From NCBI GenBank assembly GCA_026004395.1, contig BPJB01000001.1, positions 263,343 to 327,342 of the forward strand: a stretch of DNA of 64,000 nt. The letters run 5' to 3'. This DNA comes from Patescibacteria group bacterium (GTDB taxonomy: Bacteria > Patescibacteriota > Microgenomatia > Levybacterales > UBA12049). Within the stretch, counting starts at the first letter, position 1, and the number at the start of each line of letters is the position of its first letter. A program made the position numbers and the translations under genes. Under the pieces are notes generated by a model, which was not told the DNA's origin, searched no databases, and saw only the letters and a list, made by a program, of their open reading frames with translations. This document shows positions 40,346-49,834 of the stretch, in pieces.

Positions 40346-41263
40346 ATGTTAGACATCATTGGAAAACGAAATTGGTATTTTTTTGTTTCACTTCTTGTAA
40401 TTATACCTGGAGTGATCTCTCTATTTCTTTACGGATTAAAACTTTCGGTTGAGTTTACCGGCGGATCTCGTATGACACTTATTTTCCCCAAAGAAGTGAA
40501 TGAAAAAATTGTTTCTCAAGTTCGCAAAGCATTTGCAGAAGAGAAAGTAAATGTTTATACCATCCAACCAGCAAAAAATTCAGTCATAATTCGGACAGAA
40601 CCTCTGCAGAAACAAGAAGATATTAAAATTCTTTCCTCTCTTGAAAAAGAAGTTGGTAAATTTAAGCAGGAGTCATTTGAGACAATTGGTCCAACTATTG
40701 GCAAGGAGACCACACGTAAGGCATTTTACTCAGTGATGATTGCATCTGTGCTCATCGTTTTGTATATTGCATTATCATTTAGAAAAGTTCCTAAACCAGC
40801 GAGTAGTTGGAGATTTGGTATCACTGCAATTATTGCAGTTTTGCACGATGTGTTGCTTCTTGTTGGAATTTTTTCTCTTCTTGGACATTTTTATAATGTT
40901 GAGATTGATAGTCTTTTTATTACTGCTCTTCTTACTATTATCGGATTTTCTGTACATGATACGATCGTTGTTTTTGATAGAATACGGGAAAATTTACTCA
41001 GAGTAAGCGGTGTATCTTTTGAGAAAATTGTTAATGACTCAATTCTTCAGACCATAGTAAGATCTCTGAATACCTCCCTTACTGCTTTACTTGTTCTTTT
41101 TTCACTGCTTCTTTTTGGAGGTGAAAGTATAAGATGGTTTATTGTTGCACTTTTTATAGGCATATTAAGTGGAACATATTCATCAATCTTTAATGCAGCA
41201 CCACTTCTTGTTGTCTGGCACAATTGGGCTATGAAGAAAAGAGAAAAATCTAATACTCCATAA
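40346..41263 (+). CDS. secF: Protein translocase subunit SecF
   Basis: GGSRMTL and HDVLLLVGIFSL...DTIVVFDRIREN motifs. It follows secD. Confidence 0.9.
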   Translation: MLDIIGKRNWYFFVSLLVIIPGVISLFLYGLKLSVEFTGGSRMTLIFPKEVNEKIVSQVRKAFAEEKVNVYTIQPAKNSVIIRTEPLQKQEDIKILSSLEKEVGKFKQESFETIGPTIGKETTRKAFYSVMIASVLIVLYIALSFRKVPKPASSWRFGITAIIAVLHDVLLLVGIFSLLGHFYNVEIDSLFITALLTIIGFSVHDTIVVFDRIRENLLRVSGVSFEKIVNDSILQTIVRSLNTSLTALLVLFSLLLFGGESIRWFIVALFIGILSGTYSSIFNAAPLLVVWHNWAMKKREKSNTP

Positions 41264-41281
41264 AAGAGATCATGATATTCT

Positions 41282-41728
41282 ATGCCAGATAAAAGTTCAA
41301 AACAAATTACTGTATTCGCAGGAGTGCTGATCAAAGATAATAAACTCCTTTTGATCCAGCGGTCAGAAGAAGAACTACCAGATGCGCATCTTAAATGGGA
41401 GTTTCCAGGAGGTAAATGTAATTTTGGAGAGACACCTCAAGAGGCAGTTAAAAGAGAATTTCTAGAAGAAACTGGAATTGAGGTTGATGTTAAGGAATTG
41501 CTTCCATTTATTTATACCAATTATTGGGAATACTCAGATCATAGTCAGCAAACTTTCTGCTTATTTTTTGTTTGTTCCTTTGTCAAGCAAGTTAATCTCC
41601 CAAATGACCATCATGTAAATACTATGAGGTGGTTTTCTAAAGATGAGGTAAAAAAACTGGATTCATTACCGGGGACAAGTGAAGTGCTACAGATTTTAGA
41701 AAGGGACTATCCTACGCTTCTTAATTGA
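41282..41728 (+). CDS. NUDIX hydrolase
   Basis: Nudix box GGKCNFGETPQEAVKREFLEETGI. Confidence 0.8.
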   Translation: MPDKSSKQITVFAGVLIKDNKLLLIQRSEEELPDAHLKWEFPGGKCNFGETPQEAVKREFLEETGIEVDVKELLPFIYTNYWEYSDHSQQTFCLFFVCSFVKQVNLPNDHHVNTMRWFSKDEVKKLDSLPGTSEVLQILERDYPTLLN

Positions 41729-42189
41729 CTTAGTCTTTCTCGCACAATCTTACTCACTACTGCGCCATCAGCTTTACCTTTGATCTTTGGCATAACAATG
41801 CCCATAACTTTTCCTATATCTTGAGGTGATGTAGAGCCTGTTTGTCTAATTGCTTCATCAACAATTTCAGAAATCTCATCTTCATCTAATTGCTGAGGAA
41901 GGTATTTTTGTAGAATTTCTAATTCTTTTTGTTCTTTTTGTGCAAGATCTAACCTTCTCCCTGATATAAATTGTCCTATTGAGTCCTTACGTTGTTTTAC
42001 CTCCTTTTGGATTACTGAAATGACGTCTTCATCAGTTGCTTCATAGCCTGCTCCTCTTTTCTGAATTTCATAGTAATTTATAGCAGAGAGAAGCATACGC
42101 AGAGTTGATGTTTTTATCTCATCCCTTGCTAGCATTGATTGTTTTAGTTCCTCTTTTAATTTTTGTTTAAGCATAGAGGTATTATACAA
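41707..42189 (-). CDS. GatB/YqeY domain protein
   Basis: MLKQKLKEELKQSMLARDEIKTSTLRMLLSAINYYEIQKRG and a C-terminal GKADGAVVSKIVRERL, typical of YqeY. Confidence 0.8.
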   Translation of the reverse strand: MYNTSMLKQKLKEELKQSMLARDEIKTSTLRMLLSAINYYEIQKRGAGYEATDEDVISVIQKEVKQRKDSIGQFISGRRLDLAQKEQKELEILQKYLPQQLDEDEISEIVDEAIRQTGSTSPQDIGKVMGIVMPKIKGKADGAVVSKIVRERLSQLRSVG

Positions 42190-42224
42190 AATCCATTGAT
42201 ATATGAGAATGCGAAATTTTGAGA

Positions 42225-43520
42225 TTAAGATGTTTTTACAGGAAGAAGTAGTGGCTCAGTTTCTACTTTGTATTGTTGGTATTCGCCGTAATTTGTGGAC
42301 TCATTATATGCTGTTTTTGAGAAAGCAGTTGATTGGAAAAAAACAATTTCGTCATCTTCAACATCTGCCAATACAAATGCGTGAGGTTTAAATTTGCCTG
42401 CTATCTTATATTCTGCTGCTTTTCTGAGAAGTGTTTGCTCTAATGTGTGAAGAATATTTCTAGCTCCATAATTATTGGTATCTGCTTGATTTAAGATCCA
42501 TTCTCTGAGGCGATTAGTAGTCAGTAACGTAATACAGTGCCTTGGATCATTTGCTGCTAGATCGTTGTTGGCTTGATTTAGGAACTTTTCGAATATTTTT
42601 GCATAGTGTTCAGGTTGTAGATCATTAAATCCTACCTTAGTCTCAATCCTTCCTAAAAATTCAGGATATGACCTAAATCTTCCAGTCAAAAGAGCATGTC
42701 TAGCAATTTCTTGATAATTGGGAATTGTACTTTCATGTTGATTTATCTTTCCTCTAAATCCTATTCCAAAATTTTTGCCTGATCTTGCTTGTTGCATTAT
42801 TTCAGCTCCTTCATTTGAAGTAAAAACAATCCATGATTTTTTAAAATCAAGTGTTGTTGGTTCAATAGCTCTCCCTCCTGACCCATTAGGTGACGGTTGA
42901 TCAGTAGGAAGAAACAGAGTTGTTTTGCCTTCATCTAAAATAGGCATTAACCATTTCCATACTTCAGGATGCGCTTTCTCTATCTCATCAAAAAGTACAA
43001 CAGCGCCGTACTCAAGGTGATAAGGCATGATGAGTACATCTCCTCCAAATCCAACATATTTGGGATCTGATCCTTTTAGTCTAGTCACCGATGATGGATC
43101 CTGTAAATCAGTACAGTCTATTTTTACAAAATGTTCCTCTGGATTTGTAGGAAAAAGATAGCGTGTCATTGCTCTTGCTAACTCGGTTTTACCCACTCCT
43201 GTAGGGCCAAGAAAAAGAAATGAACCTAGAGGTTTTCTGTTGCTTTTAAATCCAGCGAGAGATCGAACAATACTTTCAGCAACAGCATTGCATGCTTCTG
43301 ATTGTCCAAAAACACTTTTTTCAAGCTCTGATGCTATTGCTTGTGTTGGTGTGATTTCTGGAGGAGTTACTTTCTCAAATATCATGTGATTTTTAATTTC
43401 TTCACTAGCATTTGAGAGATTTTGAGCAATAAATATTTTTGTAGAATGGCTTTCAAACCTTGATTCTATCATAAAAGGAAAAATCCTCCTTTTTTGAAAA
43501 TGAGTATAATTAACACCCAA
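42225..43520 (-). CDS. Stand-alone ClpA/ClpB D2-like AAA+ ATPase
   Basis: SVFGQSEACNAVAESIVRSLAGF (sensor/D2 start), LFLGPTGVGKTELARAM (Walker A), VVLFDEIEKAHPEVWKWLMPILDEGKTT (Walker B to sensor 1) and IVFTSNEGA. There is no D1, N-domain or ClpP-binding loop. It has unique extensions of about 60 aa N-terminally and 130 aa C-terminally. Confidence 0.75.
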   Translation of the reverse strand: MGVNYTHFQKRRIFPFMIESRFESHSTKIFIAQNLSNASEEIKNHMIFEKVTPPEITPTQAIASELEKSVFGQSEACNAVAESIVRSLAGFKSNRKPLGSFLFLGPTGVGKTELARAMTRYLFPTNPEEHFVKIDCTDLQDPSSVTRLKGSDPKYVGFGGDVLIMPYHLEYGAVVLFDEIEKAHPEVWKWLMPILDEGKTTLFLPTDQPSPNGSGGRAIEPTTLDFKKSWIVFTSNEGAEIMQQARSGKNFGIGFRGKINQHESTIPNYQEIARHALLTGRFRSYPEFLGRIETKVGFNDLQPEHYAKIFEKFLNQANNDLAANDPRHCITLLTTNRLREWILNQADTNNYGARNILHTLEQTLLRKAAEYKIAGKFKPHAFVLADVEDDEIVFFQSTAFSKTAYNESTNYGEYQQYKVETEPLLLPVKTS

Positions 43521-43624
43521 TTTCCATCCTTTAAATATTTAAGAGGATTTTATATTCTTGAAAATATTCTGCAAATAGGTTGTGCTCATTCTATGACGAA
43601 TAGTCACAGAATGCAATACTTTTT

Positions 43625-45022
43625 CTATAAATCACTTTTCCCTAATTCATGAATTCTTTGCAGTAGATATTCTCGATTATTTTTTGATAAATCTTCATCT
43701 ACTTCTTCGAATAACTTTTGAAGAATTTTTCCAACTTTTGGTCCAGGTTTGATATTAAGCTCTCTCATTACATCTTTTCCATTGACAGCAAGATCTCTAA
43801 GTGAAAATGGTGGAGGTGCTAGTTGTTCTTCAACCCTTTTCTTAAAAAGTTTCAGTCTCCAACTTTCTGCAGTTTGTGTACCTCCACCTAATCTATCTCC
43901 GATACGAAGATCCATCATATCTTTTACATTTTCTACACCAACGCGTCTAATAAATCTTCTTACTGCACTGTCAGTAATGTGTTCATCAACGGTAAACATA
44001 TGCCATCTTACAAGAGTAACAACTTTTTCTTTATCTTTGCGTGAAAATCTCAAACGATCACAAATTTCTGCAGCCATTTTTGCTCCAATTATTTCATGAT
44101 TATGAAAGATTATGTATCCTTGTTCATCTTTGCTGGCAACTCGTGGTTTGCCAATATCATGAATAAGCGTTGCAAAACGAACAATAGGATCTGAAGAAGG
44201 ACAAAATTTTAATGATGCAACATTATGTTCGAAGACATCTGTAGTGTGATGTCTCCCGGGACGAGCTTGTGAAACACCGATTCCCTCCAATAGTTCTGGA
44301 ATAATGTACTTAAGAAGACCAGTATTTTTTAATAAAAGAATTCCGTCATAAGGATAAGGGCTTGATATAATTTTCATAAATTCATCTCTGATTCTCTCCA
44401 TAGCAATTTCTTGGATAAGATGAGCATCTGAGATAATTGCTTGAAGAGTTTTTTCTTCTATAGAAAATCCGAGTTCTGTTGCAAATCTAATCGCTCTAAG
44501 CATTCGTAAGGCATCTTCCTTGAATCGCAGATTAGGATCTCCAACAGCCTTTATGATTTTGTGTTTTAAATCATGTTGTCCATTATAAGGATCTATTAGT
44601 TCTGTTTGTAAATTGTCATCAATAGCTATAGCCATTGCGTTGATTGTGAAATCTCTGCGGGCAAGATCTTCCTCAATAGTCTTACCCCATTCGATAATTT
44701 CTGGATGTCTGCGGTCTTTATATCCTCTCTCTGTCCTAAAAGTTGTTATTTCTACAACTTGTTTATTACCTGGTGTTATTTCAATAGGTATTCCTACTGT
44801 TCCAAAGATGTTATCATAAAAACCTTGTGGAAAAAGAGAAAGAATCTGCTCAGGTGTTGCATTGGTCGTAAAATCCCAGTCTTTAACTTCTTTTCCAAGC
44901 AGCATATTGCGAACACATCCTCCTACAAGATAGATCTCAAAACCAGCTTGTCTAAATTTATTATTGATCTGTATGATGGTCTCAGGAATTAGTTCTTTTA
45001 TTGACTTGTTCATATTATTCAC
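43625..45022 (-). CDS. cca: CCA tRNA nucleotidyltransferase (poly(A) polymerase head + HD domain)
   Basis: LVGGCVRNMLLGKEVKDWDFTT in the N-terminal domain, an RDFTINAMA motif and a C-terminal HD (HDIGK). Confidence 0.85.
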   Translation of the reverse strand: MNNMNKSIKELIPETIIQINNKFRQAGFEIYLVGGCVRNMLLGKEVKDWDFTTNATPEQILSLFPQGFYDNIFGTVGIPIEITPGNKQVVEITTFRTERGYKDRRHPEIIEWGKTIEEDLARRDFTINAMAIAIDDNLQTELIDPYNGQHDLKHKIIKAVGDPNLRFKEDALRMLRAIRFATELGFSIEEKTLQAIISDAHLIQEIAMERIRDEFMKIISSPYPYDGILLLKNTGLLKYIIPELLEGIGVSQARPGRHHTTDVFEHNVASLKFCPSSDPIVRFATLIHDIGKPRVASKDEQGYIIFHNHEIIGAKMAAEICDRLRFSRKDKEKVVTLVRWHMFTVDEHITDSAVRRFIRRVGVENVKDMMDLRIGDRLGGGTQTAESWRLKLFKKRVEEQLAPPPFSLRDLAVNGKDVMRELNIKPGPKVGKILQKLFEEVDEDLSKNNREYLLQRIHELGKSDL

Positions 45023-45056
45023 CTCTGGTATAGTATATCAGAAAGATTGACCATTC

Positions 45057-46730
45057 ATGAAAAAATGGAACATACTTGCATCAGTTAAAGATCTTCCATC
45101 TCTTACTATTGAGGATATTAGAGATATCCTTCTGCATAACAGAGGTATTATTTCCGACGAACAAAAGGATTCTTTCTTCAAGCCTCAGTTAGAGTCTATT
45201 AGTATTGATTCTGTGGGTTTGAATACAGATGAAATAAGAAAAGCTTTTCGGAGGATCAAGGATGCAATACAGAGGAAAGAACAAATCATAATTTATGGAG
45301 ATTATGATGTTGATGGTATTACTGGTACTGCGATATTGTGGGAGACACTTAAGAAATTAGGAGCAATAGTCATGCCGTATATTCCACATCGCGTTGAGGA
45401 AGGATATGGGCTTTCAGAAAAAGGGATTGAAAATATTCTTAAGCAATATCCGCAGACATCTCTGATTATAACCGTTGATAACGGTATAGTTGCTAATAAA
45501 GCAGTTGATTTTGCCTTTAATAAAAAGATCGATGTTATTATCACTGATCATCATGTATCCGATGAGGGACGCGAATTACCACAAAAAGCGTTTTCCATAT
45601 TGCATACTACCAAGCTTTGTGGTGCTGGAATAGCCTGGCTTATCTCCAATGAACTTTTTTCATTTTTTGGGAAAAAACAAGAAGATCAAACCTATTTAGG
45701 ATTTGCAGCCATAGCAACTATAGCAGATCTTGTTCCTCTACAAGGAGCAAATAGAGCAATTGTTTTCTATGGTCTCCAAGAAATCCATAAGACGCATCGT
45801 CCAGGACTGATTGCATTATTCGAGAAGTCGGGAATCAATCAAGAAGATATTGATGTCTATGAAATTGGTCATATTATTGCTCCTAGACTAAATGCTACAG
45901 GAAGATTAGAAAGTGCGATGGATAGTTTAAGACTTCTTTGTACACACGATAAAAAGAGAGCAGATGAGCTCGCAGTAAAGTTAAATGAGATTAATGCTAC
46001 TCGTCAGAAAATCATGATTGATTCTGTATTTCATGCAAAAGAAATAGTTGAGACACGTAGTGAACTAAAAAAAATGCTTATCGTCGCTCATGATTCATAT
46101 CCTGAAGGAATAATTGGACTTATTGCCAGTAAGTTGGTTGAGGAATATCATCGGCCAACAATAGTTATTGCTAAGGGAGAAAAAGTTAGTAAAGGGTCAG
46201 TAAGATCTATCCAAGGATTTAATATAATTCAATTTTTGAGACAAAATTCTCATTTTTTTGTGAACGTGGGTGGACACCCTATGGCTGCTGGGTTTACCAT
46301 TGCAACGGAAAAGATAGAACTTTTGCAAAAAACACTAGAGGATCTTGCTCATTTGAATGTCACAGATGATCTTCTAGTACATTCACTGAATATTGATTGT
46401 GAAATTCCTTTTGGTCTTATCTCAGCGAATTTATATGAAATGCTTAAGTCTTTCAAGCCTTATGGCATGAGCAATCCACAGCCTATTTTTCTAAGTAGAA
46501 ATGTGTATATAAGAGATCTAAAAATTATAGGAAAGGATGGAAAGCATCTTAGAATGCTCTTACAACAGGATAATAAATTAGTTGAAGCTGTAGCTTTTAA
46601 TATGGTAGATATGTTACCCAAGTTGCAAAGCAATAAGTATATAGATATTGTTTATTCAATAGATGAGAATACTTGGAATGGTACTCCAAGACTGCAATTA
46701 AAATTGAAAGACATCAAGACATCTTCTTAA
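45057..46730 (+). CDS. recJ: Single-stranded-DNA-specific exonuclease RecJ
   Basis: DHH motifs IIYGDYDVDGITGTAIL and ITDHH, a DHHA1 region GGHPMAAG and a C-terminal OB fold. Confidence 0.85.
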   Translation: MKKWNILASVKDLPSLTIEDIRDILLHNRGIISDEQKDSFFKPQLESISIDSVGLNTDEIRKAFRRIKDAIQRKEQIIIYGDYDVDGITGTAILWETLKKLGAIVMPYIPHRVEEGYGLSEKGIENILKQYPQTSLIITVDNGIVANKAVDFAFNKKIDVIITDHHVSDEGRELPQKAFSILHTTKLCGAGIAWLISNELFSFFGKKQEDQTYLGFAAIATIADLVPLQGANRAIVFYGLQEIHKTHRPGLIALFEKSGINQEDIDVYEIGHIIAPRLNATGRLESAMDSLRLLCTHDKKRADELAVKLNEINATRQKIMIDSVFHAKEIVETRSELKKMLIVAHDSYPEGIIGLIASKLVEEYHRPTIVIAKGEKVSKGSVRSIQGFNIIQFLRQNSHFFVNVGGHPMAAGFTIATEKIELLQKTLEDLAHLNVTDDLLVHSLNIDCEIPFGLISANLYEMLKSFKPYGMSNPQPIFLSRNVYIRDLKIIGKDGKHLRMLLQQDNKLVEAVAFNMVDMLPKLQSNKYIDIVYSIDENTWNGTPRLQLKLKDIKTSS

Positions 46731-47167
46731 TGATTATCGTCAGAGTTAGTTGCAAAGATGACTCCACCGTTATGATCAAAACTTTGTTCTTGTCCATAAA
46801 GTCGATTACCATTTTCTGATGAGTGCGTGTTTTTTGATGATGTTTGTCTAAGACCTCTTTTGTTTAGTTCTGCAGCCTCCTGCATTCCAGAGAGAATAGT
46901 TTTCAATCTCTTCCTTGCAGAATTAATTCTATCTTTTTTTGATTGATGTGGTAGAATTGGCAGTTTAGGGTATCGAAGTTGTAACATGCATCTTCGAATT
47001 TCCCATTCTTGATTATTTCTATTTCTTTCAATACTTGTCTCATCAACACCTTGACTTCGCCAAAGTGGGACGATTGTACTCTCTTGTTGAGAACGAATTT
47101 GCTGTCTTCGATAAACTGGATCATGTGTACCTATATCAAATATTGGTGTTTTAATCCGTTCTGACAT
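46727..47167 (-). CDS. Hypothetical protein
   Basis: 146-aa hydrophilic ORF. A GGGAGG SD sits upstream and a terminator-like hairpin lies in its leader. Confidence 0.4.
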   Translation of the reverse strand: MSERIKTPIFDIGTHDPVYRRQQIRSQQESTIVPLWRSQGVDETSIERNRNNQEWEIRRCMLQLRYPKLPILPHQSKKDRINSARKRLKTILSGMQEAAELNKRGLRQTSSKNTHSSENGNRLYGQEQSFDHNGGVIFATNSDDNH

Positions 47168-47406
47168 ATTTCCCTCCCAAAAAAAATCTCCTTTTTATTT
47201 TTAATATTAAGGAGATTGCATTTATTTCACACAACCAATTTCCCGCTAGATGCGTCGGAAGGATTGGTAGAACATATTTCTAACAAGATAATTACTCATG
47301 AATAACGTATTATAGTATTTATTTTTTCTGCTTGTCAAGAGAATAAATTCAATGTATCATTATGCATGAGAAATGCAAGGAATGATTCCTTGTTTTTTAT
47401 CATTCT

Positions 47407-48807
47407 ATGCAACGAACACTTATATCTGAAACAGTACATAAAGTAGGAGAGGAGGTGCTCCTTCAGGGATGGGTTGATACAAAACGAGACCACGGGAAAT
47501 TAACATTTGTAGATTTAAGAGATAGATCAGGTAAAGTACAATGTGTGGGTGTTCAGAAAATGGGAGAGTTGTCTATTGAATCGGTTGTGGAGATAGTGGG
47601 AGAAGTGAAGAAGAGACCAGAGAAGATGATTAATCCTCAGCTTTTTACAGGAAGTATTGAGATCGATGTTAAGGAGTACAAAGTATTAAATATCGCACAA
47701 GAATTACCTTTTCCGATAAACACAGATGGAAGAGAAATAAGTGAAGAAGTACGTTTGCGTTATAGGTATCTTGATTTAAGACGGGAGAGATTACAGAAAA
47801 ATATCAGACTTCGATCAGCATTTACACGTGCTATCTCAGAAGCTCTTTACAAAAGAGATTTTGTTGAGATAGAAACTCCATTATTAACAAAATCTACAAA
47901 AGAAGGCGCTAGAGACTTCGTCGTACCTTCGAGATTTCAACCAGGTAAATTTTATGCTCTTCCACAAAGCCCCCAACAATACAAGCAATTATTAATGACA
48001 GCTGGGTTTGAGCAGTATTTTCAAATTGCTAGATGTTTTAGAGATGAAGATTTGCGTGCTGATCGGGGTTTTGAATTAACGCAGGTAGATGTTGAGATGA
48101 GTTTTGTTCAGAGAGAAGATGTGATGAGAGTAATTGAAGAGGTAGTAAAAGAATCAGTAAAAGAAGTAGGAGGAAAATTAAAAGATGAGAGTTTTCCTGT
48201 CATAACTTACCAGGAAGCAATAGAGAAGTATGGAGCAGATAAATTTGATTTAAGGACGGAAAAAGATAAAAAAGAAGGTAAGTTAGCTTTTGCGTGGGTC
48301 ATTGATTTTCCCTTTTTTAAGAAAGTTGACAAAAAAGACGTTGCTGAAGTAAGAGATAGTAAATCAGGATGGACATTTACCCACAATCCTTTCAGTTCGC
48401 CAATTCCTGAACATAGAGAGTGGCATCTTCAGCAAAAAAACATTGATAAGATTATTTCGGCTCAATATGATTTGGTATGTAATGGTTATGAAGTAGGTGG
48501 GGGAAGTATTCGCGCGCACGAACCTGATGTACTTAAAGCTACATTTAAAATCATGGGATATACAGATGAGGAGATTGAATCAAGCATAGGACATATGCTT
48601 GAAGCATTTAAAATGGGAACACCACCTCATGGAGGAATTGCCTTAGGGCTAGACCGGCTTATTATGGTTCTGGCAGGAGAAACATCTATGAAAGAATGTG
48701 TAGCATTTCCTATGACTTCAACAGGAAGAACTGCTGTTATGGATGCTCCTTCAGAAATTAGTACTGAACAGCTAGAAGAACTTGGTTTAGCACTTATTAA
48801 AAAGTAA
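47407..48807 (+). CDS. aspS: Aspartate--tRNA ligase (bacterial type lacking GAD insertion)
   Basis: OB anticodon-binding N-terminus. Class II motif 2 QYFQIARCFRDEDLRADRGFELTQVDVEMSF and motif 3 GGIALGLDRL. The DKFDLR...AFAWVIDFPFF junction shows there is no GAD domain. 466 aa. Confidence 0.85.
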   Translation: MQRTLISETVHKVGEEVLLQGWVDTKRDHGKLTFVDLRDRSGKVQCVGVQKMGELSIESVVEIVGEVKKRPEKMINPQLFTGSIEIDVKEYKVLNIAQELPFPINTDGREISEEVRLRYRYLDLRRERLQKNIRLRSAFTRAISEALYKRDFVEIETPLLTKSTKEGARDFVVPSRFQPGKFYALPQSPQQYKQLLMTAGFEQYFQIARCFRDEDLRADRGFELTQVDVEMSFVQREDVMRVIEEVVKESVKEVGGKLKDESFPVITYQEAIEKYGADKFDLRTEKDKKEGKLAFAWVIDFPFFKKVDKKDVAEVRDSKSGWTFTHNPFSSPIPEHREWHLQQKNIDKIISAQYDLVCNGYEVGGGSIRAHEPDVLKATFKIMGYTDEEIESSIGHMLEAFKMGTPPHGGIALGLDRLIMVLAGETSMKECVAFPMTSTGRTAVMDAPSEISTEQLEELGLALIKK

Positions 48808-49021
48808 ACCTTTATCTTTCTCTCCTAATTTTGCTACTATATTTTTTAGCCTCTATGAAACAAAAGAAGTCTTTCCAAAAGAAAAAAAATTGTCTATTTG
48901 TTTGAAAAATATCGATTTGATATTTTTCTTTTTTTAATACCAATTTTTTTTTGCTTTTATTTTTGGTGTATTAACTTTTATAGAGAGAACAGTTACCACA
49001 GATCTACAGAGATTCCAGCTG

Positions 49022-49834
49022 GTGATGAAACCCTATATAGTTAATGTAAGTGAGTATCCTTTCTTAAGTAAAAAATCAATACCTAATATTACTGCAGAAT
49101 CAGCGTTAATTATGGATGTTGATTCCAAGACTATTCTTTATGCCAAAAATCCCGATTTAAGATTCTCAATGGCTTCAACAACAAAGATAATGACTGCGCT
49201 TGTTGCTTTGGATTATTTCCATGAAAAAGATATTTTGAGAGTATTTACGAGTAATGTTGAGGGAGTAAATGTGGGTTTTGAAATAGGCGAGCGTATTTAT
49301 TTTGAAGATGCATTATATGCAATGTTACTGCCTTCAGGTAATGACGCAGCGTATCTTGTTGCACAGAATTATCCAGGAGGCATGGAAGCGTTCGTAGCAA
49401 AAATGAATGCTAAAGCACAGCAGCTTCGATTGCTGAATACGCATTATTCAGATCCAGCTGGACTGGATGATGATGGCAACTATACAACTGTTGTTGATTT
49501 AGCGCATCTTGCAGCTATAGCCTTAAAGAATAAAACTATTTCAGAAATATCAGCGACAAAAAGTAAAATTATAGCCAATGTTGATCGAACAAAAACTTAT
49601 CAATTAGAAAATCTTAATAAGCTCCTTGGTCAATATGGTGTTATGGGGTTAAAAACAGGATACACAGAAGGCGCAGGAGGTGTTCTTGTGACCTATACGG
49701 TAGCTCACGGTCGTACTTTTATTGTAGTGGTGATGCGCAGCGCTGATAGGTTTGCAGATACACAAGCATTACTTTCATATCTTCGTGACGATACCACAAT
49801 CTTTACTCCAAGGTTTGAGTCTTATCATCACTAA
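49022..49834 (+). CDS. D-alanyl-D-alanine carboxypeptidase (peptidase S11, PBP5-like)
   Basis: SMASTTK (SxxK), SGND (SxN) and KTGYT (KTG) motifs. Confidence 0.8.
   Translation: MMKPYIVNVSEYPFLSKKSIPNITAESALIMDVDSKTILYAKNPDLRFSMASTTKIMTALVALDYFHEKDILRVFTSNVEGVNVGFEIGERIYFEDALYAMLLPSGNDAAYLVAQNYPGGMEAFVAKMNAKAQQLRLLNTHYSDPAGLDDDGNYTTVVDLAHLAAIALKNKTISEISATKSKIIANVDRTKTYQLENLNKLLGQYGVMGLKTGYTEGAGGVLVTYTVAHGRTFIVVVMRSADRFADTQALLSYLRDDTTIFTPRFESYHH

Noticed and set aside
47168-47406. T-box riboswitch upstream of aspS
   Set aside because: The leader between the candidate promoter and the ATG is only about 50 nt. The conserved T-box sequence (AGGGUGGNACCGCG-like) is absent.
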